A stretch of 64,000 bases of DNA from Planctomycetota bacterium (GCA_029259745.1 JAJDEO010000041.1:19374-83373); one strand, 5' to 3'. Counted from the first letter of the stretch, positions 44,827-54,624 are shown. Numbers and translations: made by a program. Notes: a model not told the origin generated them from the sequence alone.

Positions 44827-46059
44827 GTGCACGCCTGCATGACGAACGCCGCGCCCGTCGCGCGCCCTGTGCGATGGAAGCTCACCCTTCCTCCCTCGCC
44901 CGCGGCACGGCATCCTGCACACGCCCCGCCCCGGACCGCCGCCTTGCCGTCTCCCGACGCCTTCAGCCCGACGAAGCACCACCGGCCCGCGCTCGACGGG
45001 CTGCGGGCGATCGCCGTGTTGCTCGTCATGTGGACCCACGTGCCGGCCGCGGCGCTCGGCGGCCCCGAGCCCTGGCTGCGCGCGGCCGTCAAGCCCGGCT
45101 ACCTCGGCGTCGACATCTTCTTCGTCCTGTCGGGCTTCCTCATCACGCGCATCCTGCTGGCCGACAAGCTCGCCGGCGTGCCCGTGCGCTGGTTCCTGCT
45201 GCGCCGCCTCGTGCGCATCTTCCCGATCTACTACATCACGCTCGCCGTGATCTGGGCCATCGACCCGACGCGTCCCGAGCTGCCCTGGGCCGCGCTCTAT
45301 CTCAGCAATGTCTACTTCCCGTTCCACGGCGGCGAGAGTCCGCTGAGACACACCTGGTCGCTGGCCGTCGAGGAGCACTTCTACATGCTCTGGCCCTGGG
45401 TCGTGTACGGACTCAGCGTCGCGCGGTCGCGCCTCGTGGCGCTTGGAGTGCTCGTGCCGTTCGCGCTGTTTGCCTCCTTCGCGTGGGTGATCTGGAACGC
45501 GACCCCGCAGTTCGCGGAGCTGATCGCGCAGGCCAAGCGCGACGGGCTCATCGCCGATCACAATCCCAAGCGCCTCGTCTACACGTTCACGGCGTTCCGG
45601 ATGCTCTCGCTCGCCGTCGGCGCCCTGTTCGCCTACCACGAGCGCGCCATCGACCGACGTCCGGCCCGCGCCGCCTGGCTCGCGGCCGCCGCGCTCGTGG
45701 CCGGTGAGGTCGGGATCCACGTCGTCATCCCCGCGGCCGCTCCGCTCTGGTGGCCGCCGCTGCGACTCATCTCGTTTCACCTCGTCTCGGCCGGCACCGT
45801 GCTCGGCGTCATCGCGATCGGTGATCTCGCGCGCAGTCCGCTCGCTGTTCTGCGCACCGGCGTGCTGCGCGCGATCGGACGCATCAGCTACGCGCTCTAC
45901 CTCTTCCACCTGCCGATCTTCACGTGGCTCGCCCACGGTGAGGGTGCCACGCCCCGACGCGCGGCGCTCGCGATCGCGGTCTCGTTCGCCGCTGCCGGGG
46001 TCTCCTACGTCGTGATCGAGAAACCCATGCTGCGCTGGGCAGGACGCTTCCGAGGCTGA
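44827..46059 (+). CDS. Acyltransferase family 3 (OafA/YrhL-like) integral membrane acyltransferase. The start is uncertain.
   Basis: The family-3 signature PALDGLRAIAVLLVMWTHV is present, with about 10 predicted TM helices. Confidence 0.7.
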   Translation: MHACMTNAAPVARPVRWKLTLPPSPAARHPAHAPPRTAALPSPDAFSPTKHHRPALDGLRAIAVLLVMWTHVPAAALGGPEPWLRAAVKPGYLGVDIFFVLSGFLITRILLADKLAGVPVRWFLLRRLVRIFPIYYITLAVIWAIDPTRPELPWAALYLSNVYFPFHGGESPLRHTWSLAVEEHFYMLWPWVVYGLSVARSRLVALGVLVPFALFASFAWVIWNATPQFAELIAQAKRDGLIADHNPKRLVYTFTAFRMLSLAVGALFAYHERAIDRRPARAAWLAAAALVAGEVGIHVVIPAAAPLWWPPLRLISFHLVSAGTVLGVIAIGDLARSPLAVLRTGVLRAIGRISYALYLFHLPIFTWLAHGEGATPRRAALAIAVSFAAAGVSYVVIEKPMLRWAGRFRG

Positions 46060-46138
46060 GATTCTCGTCGGTTGGCTCAACAGCCATCTGCGGGATGTCG
46101 ATGGATCGAGAGGTCGTTCCCCTCTCCTCGAGCCCCTC

Positions 46139-47236
46139 ATGCCGCGCCTCTCCTCCCTCGTCACGCGGGCCGCCGTCGCCCTCGCTCTTCTGGGCGGCGC
46201 GCTGAGCGCTCAGGACCTCGTCGGCGAGATGACGCGTGTGCTCGGTTCGCTCGAGGGCGTGACGTATCGCGTCGTCTCGGAGGTTTCCGAGGGTGGCGAG
46301 GAGTTCTGGCCGGCAGTCGACGCGCTCGTCGCTGTGCAGCGCACGCCCAAGGGCATCGCCATGCACGTCGAGGGTTCCTGGCAGGACGGCACGACGACGC
46401 GCCGCTTCCGCTGCGACGATGACGGCTTCACGATGACGTGGGTCGACGCCGACATCAACGCGCACCACACCACGCAGAATCTCGCGACGCGCCAGAAAGC
46501 ATGGAGCCGCGCGCCCCTCGTCCAAGCGATCGAACCGCTGTTTGCGAGCCCACCGACCGTCGAGCAGCTCGTCGGCAAGGGGACCTCGCGCACGACGACA
46601 ACCGTCGGCCTCGACGGCGTCGAGACGCGCGGCCTCGTCATCACGCCGCGCGGCGATCCCGCGGTGGCGAAGTACGAACTCGCCGTCGGAGCGCACGACC
46701 GTCTCCCGCGTCTCATCGAGCGCACGCTCGTCGGCGTTCAGAAGCCTGACGGAAGCACATGGCGCGGGACAGTCACGCGACGCTTCACGTCGGTCGTCCC
46801 GCGACGTGCTCGTCTCCCGGAGGCTGCGTTGCGCAACGCCCAGGGTCAGACCGTCTCCACAACGGAGCTGACCGGCCAACCGACGCTCGTCGTCTTCTGG
46901 GCGACGTGGTGCCACGCGTGTCATGAGGTCCTGCCGCTGGTCGCCGACCTCGGCACGCGTCATGGCGCCCGGCTCGTCGCCATCCACGCTCATGACGAAG
47001 CGCGTCGCAGCGATGCGCGCAAGGCACTCACTGCGCTCAGCCGCGACTACGAACTGCGTACCGATGGAACCGCACTCGCAACGCAGCTCGGCGTGACGTC
47101 GCTTCCGACGATCCTGCTCCTCGATGGTGACGGTCGACTTGTCTCGACGAGTGTCGGGCTCGACACGGCGTCCCATTCTCGACTCAGCCGTGCTCTACAG
47201 TTGGTGAATCAAATACCGAGCTTGCCGTCACGCTGA
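46139..47236 (+). CDS. Secreted TlpA/ResA-like thiol:disulfide oxidoreductase with an N-terminal extra domain
   Basis: The signal peptide is MPRLSSLVTRAAVALALLGGALSA. The C-terminal thioredoxin fold carries WATWCHACHE (CxxC). Confidence 0.7.
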   Translation: MPRLSSLVTRAAVALALLGGALSAQDLVGEMTRVLGSLEGVTYRVVSEVSEGGEEFWPAVDALVAVQRTPKGIAMHVEGSWQDGTTTRRFRCDDDGFTMTWVDADINAHHTTQNLATRQKAWSRAPLVQAIEPLFASPPTVEQLVGKGTSRTTTTVGLDGVETRGLVITPRGDPAVAKYELAVGAHDRLPRLIERTLVGVQKPDGSTWRGTVTRRFTSVVPRRARLPEAALRNAQGQTVSTTELTGQPTLVVFWATWCHACHEVLPLVADLGTRHGARLVAIHAHDEARRSDARKALTALSRDYELRTDGTALATQLGVTSLPTILLLDGDGRLVSTSVGLDTASHSRLSRALQLVNQIPSLPSR

Positions 47237-47400
47237 TTCGCCAGACGCGCGCATCCGAGCGCGGCTGTGCCACTGCCCGCGAGAAGGCATGAATCCACTG
47301 ATTCTATGGCGTTCTCCGCATCGAGCAGCTCTCCGGATGGGTCCACCCGCAGTCGCTTTCCCGCGTCATCCGGCGGTTTCTTCGAAACAATTGAGACCCG

Positions 47401-48279
47401 TTGGAGACATCGACATCGAAAGGGTATCCGCGGCGTCTGGTGATGGAACCAGGCGCTCGGTCGAATGCCCACGAGTCCCAACCACTCCTCCTCGCGATGC
47501 ACCCCATGAGCTCGCTCGATACGCTGCTGACCGAACTCGACGGTCGCCTCCTTCCCGAATCGCTTCTCGCCTCGCTGGCCGAGTCGATGAACCATGTCAT
47601 TCCCTTCGACCTGATGGGCGTGGCCGCACTCGATCCCGACGGCCAGACATTCGAAGTCGTCGGCGCCACCGATGCCGCGGGTCGGCCGCAGGTCGGCGCG
47701 CGCTTTGCCTTCGCCGGCACGGTCGGCGGCTGGGTCGCCTCGAACCGGCGCGCGTTCGTCGGCACGAGCCGCGAACAAGTCCGCACCTTCCCCGCAACCT
47801 ATGCCGACTTCCAAGACAAGCAGCTCGAGTCGAACTGTGTCCTCCCACTGAAGCTCGCGCAGGGCACTGGCGTCATCTACTTCGTCTCGTCGCGGACCGG
47901 CGCCTACTCGCCCGCGCGGGTCGAAGAGTACGAGCAGCTCGCTGAAGCCCTCACGCCAGCCATCGATGCGGCCGTGTCGTATCTGAACCGCTCGCGTGGA
48001 AACAAGGACGAGACGCTCACGCGGGCCGACGGCGAGTTGAATCTCGACGGCGTCCAGCGCCGGCACATCACGCGCGTGCTCGAGATGACCAGTTGGGTGA
48101 TCGAGGGCCCGTACGGGGCCGCCGCCGCACTCGGCCTCGCGCCCAGCACGCTGCGACATCGCATGCGCAAGTTGGGTGTCGCGCGCCCGACCGGTGCGCA
48201 GAAAAACGGTTCGAACGGTCACGTCGGCGGCGGTGAACCTGTCGTTCAGATGGCGACGAATGGCGGATCGGCTCGGTGA
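47401..48279 (+). CDS. GAF domain plus Fis-type HTH transcriptional regulator lacking a sigma-54 AAA+ module. The start is uncertain (TTG at 47401; ATG options at 47446 and 47497).
   Basis: The GAF-like region runs LLTELDGRLL…GTGVIYFVS. The C-terminal HTH_8 reads RRHITRVLEMTSWVIEGPYGAAAALGLAPSTLRHRMRKLGV. Confidence 0.6.
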   Translation: METSTSKGYPRRLVMEPGARSNAHESQPLLLAMHPMSSLDTLLTELDGRLLPESLLASLAESMNHVIPFDLMGVAALDPDGQTFEVVGATDAAGRPQVGARFAFAGTVGGWVASNRRAFVGTSREQVRTFPATYADFQDKQLESNCVLPLKLAQGTGVIYFVSSRTGAYSPARVEEYEQLAEALTPAIDAAVSYLNRSRGNKDETLTRADGELNLDGVQRRHITRVLEMTSWVIEGPYGAAAALGLAPSTLRHRMRKLGVARPTGAQKNGSNGHVGGGEPVVQMATNGGSAR

Positions 48280-48288
48280 TCGCTCGCC

Positions 48289-49047
48289 TCAGGGTGCTGC
48301 CGGCGTGAATCCGGTGGGCTCGGCGGAGAGAACGAGCCATTCACCCATCATCGCGACATCGCCTGTCACGATCAGACTTTCGCCGACGAAGTCCAGCACC
48401 TCGGCGTTCACCGTCCGGCCGTCGCTGCCGACGAGCAGGTAGACGTCGGCGTCGTCGCCGTTGGTCACGACGAAGAGCGGCGGGATCCCGCCGGCGATGC
48501 AGTTGATCGCGCAGGCGCGATGGGTCTTCAGGCGAGCGGGCTTCATCACGCCGAGCCAGCACTTGCTGTCGACGATCTCACCGACGAGGCGTCGGCTGCC
48601 GAGCAACCTCCGCGCAGGTTCGGCGCGGCTCGACGGCGTGCCGTCGAGGATTTCCACGCCGCCGTCTGCCACCTCGATCAGCGTCACGGCGCCGTTGTAG
48701 ACGAGCGTCCCGTCGATGCGCGCGCGCTGACCTTCACGCCCGTCGACAAGGTCATCCGCGCCGTGCTTGCCGAGCTTTACGAGCAGGTAAGACGACACGC
48801 TGGCGCCCTCGCTCGACGGCCGCGTGACCTCGAGCATCGGCACGGGATCGCTGCGCAGCACGCCCTCGAACGTCTTGACCTCGAGGAACTCGAAGACCGC
48901 GTCGTTGAAGGGGTCTTGCTCGGCCGTCAACCCCGCAGCCAGGGCCACGGCAACGACGATGAGAGCCACGGCGACGCGTCGCATCGTGCCACCCACCGAA
49001 ACCGGCGCGCGGTCTTGGTAGCCGACGTAGAAGTCGTCCTTCGTCAT
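48289..49047 (-). CDS. Hypothetical membrane-anchored protein, the last gene of the Rieske operon
   Basis: Its start sits in an ATGA overlap with the upstream gene's stop. The N-terminal anchor is RRVAVALIVVAVALAAGL, and a conserved-looking Cys pair reads CAINCIAGG. Confidence 0.5.
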   Translation of the reverse strand: MTKDDFYVGYQDRAPVSVGGTMRRVAVALIVVAVALAAGLTAEQDPFNDAVFEFLEVKTFEGVLRSDPVPMLEVTRPSSEGASVSSYLLVKLGKHGADDLVDGREGQRARIDGTLVYNGAVTLIEVADGGVEILDGTPSSRAEPARRLLGSRRLVGEIVDSKCWLGVMKPARLKTHRACAINCIAGGIPPLFVVTNGDDADVYLLVGSDGRTVNAEVLDFVGESLIVTGDVAMMGEWLVLSAEPTGFTPAAP

Positions 49048-50078
49048 GCCTCGCCTCCGTGATGAGCATCCCTGGCCGGCCGCGGCTTGGCGTCGATCCA
49101 GACGCGCCCGTCACGCAGCTCGACCGCGAACGTGGGCACCGACTCGGTGAAGGGCGCGGGTGAGACGCCGGTCGTGCGCTCGTACTCGTAGCCGTGCCAC
49201 GGGCAGGTGACGCAGTCGCCGATGAGACGTCCCTCGCCGAGCGGGCCGTTCTGATGCTGGCACGCGTTCGACAAGGCAAAGACCTCGTCGCCGTCGCGAA
49301 AGATCGCGACCCGCTCACCGCTGAGACAGGCAACGTGCCCGTGCCCATCGATCGGAAGTTCGTCGAGTGCGATGACGTCGACGAACCCGTCGCGTGGTGC
49401 AGCCAGACTTCGATCGCGACGCCCCGTCTCGCGCAGCCCCGCGAAGAGGTGCAGCGCCGCGAGGCCGGCGAAACCGACCACCACGAAGCCGCTCAGCAGT
49501 GGACTCGACTCGGCCTGCAGGGCGCCCAGCGCCACGTGCATGACGAGCGCTGCGTAGGCCACGTAGACGAGCATGTGCAGCGCCTTCCACGTCGGCGCCG
49601 AGAGGTTCGCGAGCCAGAAGTCGTGACTCGTCGCGGCCATGAACGCGAGAATCACGAGCGCGAAGAAACCGAGCGTCTGGAACGGGAAGCGCATCAGATC
49701 GTCGTAGTGAGTGTTCGACGCAAAGAGACTCACGATCGGATTGAGGTCGCCCTGTGTGTGGTACATGAGCATCGACAGAGCGCCGTGCACGAGCGCCATG
49801 GAGAACATCGCCACGCCCATGTGCCGGCGGTTGTAGAGCAGCGGAAGCAGGCGCGGTGCGAGGCGACACGCCGGGCCGATGGCGAGGATGACGTGGAGCA
49901 GCACGAACGCGCCGGACCCGAAGCCGCGGATCATGAGTACCTCGGCGCTCGCTTCGGGGTGCGTCGTCAGGCCGATCGCGATGAAGACGGCGAGATAGAG
50001 CACGATGCCCGTGACGAGCGCGGTGTCGTAGAGGCGCTTCTGACGATTCCAACCGACCGCGCGGTAGTTCAGGCTCAT
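49044..50078 (-). CDS. Ferric reductase-like transmembrane (heme-b type) domain fused to a C-terminal Rieske [2Fe-2S] domain
   Basis: The ORF-track ORF was trimmed to MSLNYRAVGW, with GGAGGG 6 nt upstream and an ATGA overlap with the upstream gene. It has 6 predicted TM helices with conserved His residues. The Rieske motifs are CQHQNGPL…CPWHGYEY. Confidence 0.7.
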   Translation of the reverse strand: MSLNYRAVGWNRQKRLYDTALVTGIVLYLAVFIAIGLTTHPEASAEVLMIRGFGSGAFVLLHVILAIGPACRLAPRLLPLLYNRRHMGVAMFSMALVHGALSMLMYHTQGDLNPIVSLFASNTHYDDLMRFPFQTLGFFALVILAFMAATSHDFWLANLSAPTWKALHMLVYVAYAALVMHVALGALQAESSPLLSGFVVVGFAGLAALHLFAGLRETGRRDRSLAAPRDGFVDVIALDELPIDGHGHVACLSGERVAIFRDGDEVFALSNACQHQNGPLGEGRLIGDCVTCPWHGYEYERTTGVSPAPFTESVPTFAVELRDGRVWIDAKPRPARDAHHGGEA

Positions 50079-50563
50079 CGCGAGCCCTCCACCGGATACT
50101 CGACGTGCAGGACGATCTCGTCGTGGCCGAGGCTGTAGAGCGCGAGCATTCCGCGTTCGACGTTCGCGCCGGGCGGCAAGGTGAACGCGGCCTGGCGATC
50201 TGCAGACATCGCACCGAGCAACACGGCGCCCTCGAGCATCGAGTCGCCGGACACGGCGCGGATGTCGCGCCAGTACACGAGCAGGTCGGGACGTGGGATC
50301 CCGCGACGCGTCAGAACGACGCCCCAGTTGCCGTCCTCGAGGCGACGCCAGTCGGCGTCCCAGACATCGCCGCTGACCGTGTTGCGCGACGTCGTTCGAC
50401 GCACGGACGTTCCCCACGAGGCCAGCTCGGCGCGGTCGACGACGAGCTCGCCGGGAACGACACCCGGATGCCGTACGGACAACGCCGACGCCAGGCCGTA
50501 GCCCACCAACGAAGTCACCAACACCCACAGCACGACGTGTCGACGGCGCCCCGAGCGGATCAT
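50075..50563 (-). CDS. Hypothetical membrane-anchored protein
   Basis: The ORF-track ORF was trimmed to MIRSGRRRHVVLWVLVTSLVGYGLASALS, with AGGAGG upstream. It has ATGA overlaps at both ends. Confidence 0.5.
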   Translation of the reverse strand: MIRSGRRRHVVLWVLVTSLVGYGLASALSVRHPGVVPGELVVDRAELASWGTSVRRTTSRNTVSGDVWDADWRRLEDGNWGVVLTRRGIPRPDLLVYWRDIRAVSGDSMLEGAVLLGAMSADRQAAFTLPPGANVERGMLALYSLGHDEIVLHVEYPVEGSR

Positions 50564-50826
50564 CGCTCGCCTCCTGCCGCGCGACGATGCGCATTCGACT
50601 CGACGCGCGGCGTCGTGCGCCCGCCAAACCAACGCAGCATCAGTGCGGGCCAGAGCAGCGTCGCGCCGGGCAGCAGGAGCACGCGGAACCCCCACGTTCC
50701 CTCACGCGCTGCGGGATCGATCGCAGCGGCGCCTTTCCATGCGAACGGCACGGCGAACAGGACCCCGATCGCGAGGTAGATCCCGAGCGTCGTGGCGAAT
50801 CCGCCTGCGAGTGCTTCGATGTCCAT
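50560..50826 (-). CDS. Small membrane protein of 88 aa
   Basis: It has two predicted TM helices (TLGIYLAIGVLFAVPFAW and FRVLLLPGATLLWPALML) and is translationally coupled to the downstream gene. Confidence 0.45.
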   Translation of the reverse strand: MDIEALAGGFATTLGIYLAIGVLFAVPFAWKGAAAIDPAAREGTWGFRVLLLPGATLLWPALMLRWFGGRTTPRVESNAHRRAAGGER

Positions 50827-50842
50827 GGCTGCCAGCTCGCGT

Positions 50843-52774
50843 TCAGATGAGGTCGGTGTCGGTGATCACTTCGACGAGCGCGGGACCGTCGTGCGCCAGG
50901 GCGCGCGTGAGGGCGTCATCGAGCTCATCGGCCGACGTGACGCGCAGACCGAGCGCGCCACAGTTCTCGGCGAACTGCGCGAAGTTGGGGTTGTGCAGCG
51001 AAGTTTGCCACACCTCCCACTCACCGGCGCGCTGCTCCTTGCTGATCTTCCCGAGCTCGCTGTTGTTCAACAGCACGTGCGTGATGTTCATGCCGTACTT
51101 CACGGCTGTCGTGACCTCGCCCATGTACTGACCGAAACCACCGTCGCCACTGATCGAGACGATCGTGCGCTCTGGCGCGGCGCACCAGGCACCCATCGCG
51201 GCCGAGAAGCCGAAACCGATCGACCCGAGGTAGCCCGACATGAGCACCGACTGGCGCGTGCACTCGAAGTAGCGGCCGAAGGAGTAGGTGTTGTTGCCGA
51301 CATCCACGGCGAGCACGGCGTCATCGGGGACGTGGCGCGTGAGGGCGGCGAAGACCGCCGTCGAGTTGACGCCACGACCGCGATCGTCGACGAGCCGTCG
51401 CTGTTTCTCATTGCGCCAGATCTCCCAGCGCTCGGCGATCTCGCCCTGACGGTTCGTCGCCGGCGTGTGGGCAGCAAGCGCCTCGTGCATCGCCGCGCAC
51501 GTTGCACCGATCTCGCCCCAGACGGGGATGTCGATGGCGTGGAAGCGTCCGAGCGCGAGGCGATCGAAGTCGACCTGGATCGTCTTGATCTTCGACGTGA
51601 TGCCGGTGTGGTTCGAGAACGATGCGCCGAAGACGACGAGCAGGTCGGACTCGTTCATGAACCAGCTCGCAACCGGCGTCCCACTGCGTCCGAGGACACC
51701 GCACCCGAGTGGATGACGATCGGAGATGAGCCCCTTGCCCTTGAACGTCGTGAGCACAGGAGCACCGAGACGTTCAGCCAACGCAATGACGGAGTCGGTA
51801 TGTTCGCGCGCTCCGTAGCCCACGATGAAAACGGGGCGTTGCGCGTCACTCATCGCCGCGAGCGCTTGGCTCAGCGCGTCGGCCGACGGGGCGATCGCGA
51901 CGTCCGCCAGTCGGCCCTCGGGAGTGCCGGCCTCGGCGTCGGGCACCTCGATGTTCTGAACTTCGTCGGGGAAGATGAGGTGCGAGACATCGCGCTGCAC
52001 CAGCGCATGCTTGACCGTGAGGTTCGCGAGCTCGGCGTGCTTGCTGTTCGGCAGCACCGTCTGGCTGAAGCACGTGACGGCCGCGAACGCCGAGGCGAGG
52101 TCGACCTCCTGGAAGTTGCCCGGACCGAGCACCTGCGTCGCCACCTGGCCCGTGAGCGCGATGGCGGGCACGCGATCCGAACGCGCGTCCCAGAGCCCCG
52201 TGAGCAGATTCGTCGCGCCGGGACCAGCAATCGCGAGGCACGCGGCGGGTCTTCCCGTGAGCTTGCCGAAGCCCGACACGGCGAAGGCCGCGGCGCCCTC
52301 GTGCCGCACACCGATGTACGTGAGCTTGCCCGTGACTTCGAGGCGGCGCAGCGCATCGGCGAGGCCGAGGTTGCTGTGGCCGACCATCCCGAAGACATGG
52401 GTGACGCCCCAGTTCACGAGCGTCTCGGCGATCACATCCGACACCGTGCGCACGTGCGCGACATCCTCTTCGACACCGACATAGACGCTGCCGTCACGCA
52501 CCTCCGTCGGGAACACCTCGACACCATCATCGAAGCCCGGCGCCTTGCCCGTGCAGGGATGGTAGTCCCAGCCGTGCCAGGGACAGCGCAGCAGGCCGTT
52601 CTCGATCGAGCCCTCGCCGAGCGGCCCGCCCTGGTGCGGACAGCGGTTCTCGAGGCAGGTGTACTCACCCTCCAAGTGCGTCAGCGCGAAAGAGTGTGTG
52701 CCTGCCGTCACGGTGCGGACGCGACCTTCGGGAACGTCGGCAGCGTCGGCGACCTTGATCCACTGCATCGTCAT
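50843..52774 (-). CDS. Rieske [2Fe-2S] domain fused to a thiamine-pyrophosphate-dependent enzyme (pyruvate oxidase / acetolactate synthase family)
   Basis: The N-terminal Rieske motifs are CPHQGGPL…CPWHGWDY. TPP-enzyme domains follow: an N-terminal Pyr region (GVTHVFGMVGHSNLGLADAL), a middle domain, and a C-terminal TPP-binding region (GSIGFGFSAAMGA…ISGDGGFGQYMGEVTTAVKYGMNITHVLLNN). Confidence 0.7.
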   Translation of the reverse strand: MTMQWIKVADAADVPEGRVRTVTAGTHSFALTHLEGEYTCLENRCPHQGGPLGEGSIENGLLRCPWHGWDYHPCTGKAPGFDDGVEVFPTEVRDGSVYVGVEEDVAHVRTVSDVIAETLVNWGVTHVFGMVGHSNLGLADALRRLEVTGKLTYIGVRHEGAAAFAVSGFGKLTGRPAACLAIAGPGATNLLTGLWDARSDRVPAIALTGQVATQVLGPGNFQEVDLASAFAAVTCFSQTVLPNSKHAELANLTVKHALVQRDVSHLIFPDEVQNIEVPDAEAGTPEGRLADVAIAPSADALSQALAAMSDAQRPVFIVGYGAREHTDSVIALAERLGAPVLTTFKGKGLISDRHPLGCGVLGRSGTPVASWFMNESDLLVVFGASFSNHTGITSKIKTIQVDFDRLALGRFHAIDIPVWGEIGATCAAMHEALAAHTPATNRQGEIAERWEIWRNEKQRRLVDDRGRGVNSTAVFAALTRHVPDDAVLAVDVGNNTYSFGRYFECTRQSVLMSGYLGSIGFGFSAAMGAWCAAPERTIVSISGDGGFGQYMGEVTTAVKYGMNITHVLLNNSELGKISKEQRAGEWEVWQTSLHNPNFAQFAENCGALGLRVTSADELDDALTRALAHDGPALVEVITDTDLI

Positions 52775-52798
52775 CAGGAGCCCTCGTGCGGGGAATGG

Positions 52799-54433
52799 TC
52801 AGCCGACACCGGCGAAACGCACGCCCGTCAGACGCGCCGTGTCGTGATCGAACGTCGTCAGGTCGCCGATCGTGAAGTCGGAGAGGTTCGAGCGCCCGGC
52901 AGCTCGCGCCAGCACCTTCATCAGCCCGACGCTCGCGCCGAACCAGTTCGCGAGGCGCTCGGCCGACTTCTCGACATCGAGCCGCGCGCGGAGGTGCGGC
53001 TTCTGCGTCGCGATACCGACGGGACAGTTGTTCGTGTGGCAGGCGCGCATCGCCTGACATCCGATGGCCTGGATCGCGGAGTTCGCGAGGGCAACGCCGT
53101 CGGCCCCGAGAGCCATGGCCTTCACGAAGTCGGCCGGGCGGCGCAGGCCTCCGGTGGCGATCAGCGTGACACCTTCGGCGCGGCGCGCGTCGAGGTGCTT
53201 GCGGGCGCGCGGGATCGCAATGAGCGTCGGGATCGAGATGTGGTCGCGCAGCACCGTCGGTGCGGCGCCCGTTCCGCCGCCGCGGCCGTCGAGGATGATG
53301 TAGTCGACGCCGCTCTCGAGGGCGACGTCGATGTCGTCCTCGATGCGATTGGCGGAGAGCTTGAAGCCGATCGGGATGCCGCCCGTCACGTCGCGCACTT
53401 CTTCGGCGACGCGCCGGAAGTCAGCCGAACGCACGAGGTCCTTGAAGCGCGCCGGCGAGATGGCGTCCTTGCCTTCTTCGAGCCCGCGCACCTCGGCGAT
53501 GCGCCCCGTCACCTTGTGACCCGGCAGGTGTCCGCCGGTTCCGGTCTTGGCCGCCTGGCCGCCCTTGAAGTGAAAGGCCTGCACGCGCTCGACCTTCTCG
53601 AGTGCGAAGCCGAACTTCGCCGACGCGAGCTCGTAGAAGTAGCGTCCATTCGCCTCCTGCTCTTCGGGCAGCATGCCACCCTCGCCCGAGCAGATCCCCG
53701 TGCCGGCGCGTTCGGCGCCGCGCGCGAGGGCGACCTTGGCCTCCTCGGACAGAGCACCGAAGGACATATCGGAGACAAAGAGTGGGATGTCGAGCACGAG
53801 TGGCTTGCGCGCATTCGGGCCGATGACGAGCTGTGTGCCCACGTCCTCGTCGTCGAGCAGCGGAAGCCGCGAGATCTGCGCCGGAAGCACCATGATGTCG
53901 TCCCAGCTCGGCAGACCGGGGACGGGGACGCCCATCGCAGCGACGGGGCCATGGTGTCCGGTCTTCGAGAGACCGTCGCGCGCGAACTGGTGGATCTCAC
54001 GCGTGTGCGGCTCGTCGTCCGTGCCATGCACATCGACGTAGTTCCCGAGGTAGGTGTCGCGGTCGTACGGCTGGGGATTCTCGTTGCCCCAGCTGGCCAC
54101 CTCGTCGCCGTTCACGAAGACCTCGTCCCCGTCGCGCCAAGCCTCGAAGCGCTTCAGCTTCTCGCTGTTGTTGTAGGCACTCACGCCGCTGTCGAGACGG
54201 TAGTCCCAGTCGTGCAGGCCGCAGATGAGGTCCTCCCCGTCGACGTGTCCGTCGGCGAGCAGGGCGCCGCGGTGAAGACAGCGACCGTAGAGCACCGAGA
54301 CGGCGTCATCGTGACGGACTACGACGAGGTCGACGCCGGCGACGAGGGCGTGGGCAGGCTGGCGATCTCCGAGCTGCGACCAGTCTGCGACGCGAACGCC
54401 CGAGTGCGGGGATGACGACATGCGGGACTCCAT
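52799..54433 (-). CDS. Rieske [2Fe-2S] domain fused to a glutamate synthase (GltB/GltS) FMN-binding domain-like oxidoreductase
   Basis: The ORF-track ORF was trimmed to MESRMSSSPH. The Rieske motifs are CLHRGALL…CGLHDWDY. A GltS FMN-domain follows (LDIPLFVSDMSFGALS…GEGGMLPEE…FKGGQAAKTGTGGHLPG…GGLRRPADFVKAMALGADGVALAN). Confidence 0.7.
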   Translation of the reverse strand: MESRMSSSPHSGVRVADWSQLGDRQPAHALVAGVDLVVVRHDDAVSVLYGRCLHRGALLADGHVDGEDLICGLHDWDYRLDSGVSAYNNSEKLKRFEAWRDGDEVFVNGDEVASWGNENPQPYDRDTYLGNYVDVHGTDDEPHTREIHQFARDGLSKTGHHGPVAAMGVPVPGLPSWDDIMVLPAQISRLPLLDDEDVGTQLVIGPNARKPLVLDIPLFVSDMSFGALSEEAKVALARGAERAGTGICSGEGGMLPEEQEANGRYFYELASAKFGFALEKVERVQAFHFKGGQAAKTGTGGHLPGHKVTGRIAEVRGLEEGKDAISPARFKDLVRSADFRRVAEEVRDVTGGIPIGFKLSANRIEDDIDVALESGVDYIILDGRGGGTGAAPTVLRDHISIPTLIAIPRARKHLDARRAEGVTLIATGGLRRPADFVKAMALGADGVALANSAIQAIGCQAMRACHTNNCPVGIATQKPHLRARLDVEKSAERLANWFGASVGLMKVLARAAGRSNLSDFTIGDLTTFDHDTARLTGVRFAGVG

Positions 54434-54624
54434 GGTCGAGGAAACGTCTCGGCATCGTAATGTCCACCGCGAGCGATACCTCGAAGGTGTCCTGTGATGA
54501 CGAATGGACCGCTCGGTGACGGCGAATCCGCGAGATTCGAACGCCAAGCCCACGGGGAAGCGGTTTCGACATAAGATCAGCGCCGTGGCGTCCGTTCCCC
54601 GAAGCGCGATCTCCCTCGCGCGAC

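Noticed and set aside
54520-54545. TTCGAA-containing segment that superficially resembles a tRNA T-loop
   Set aside because: The flanking bases do not form a 5-bp T-stem, and no acceptor or anticodon arm geometry is present. I saw no tRNA-like cloverleaf here, though I did not scan the window systematically.
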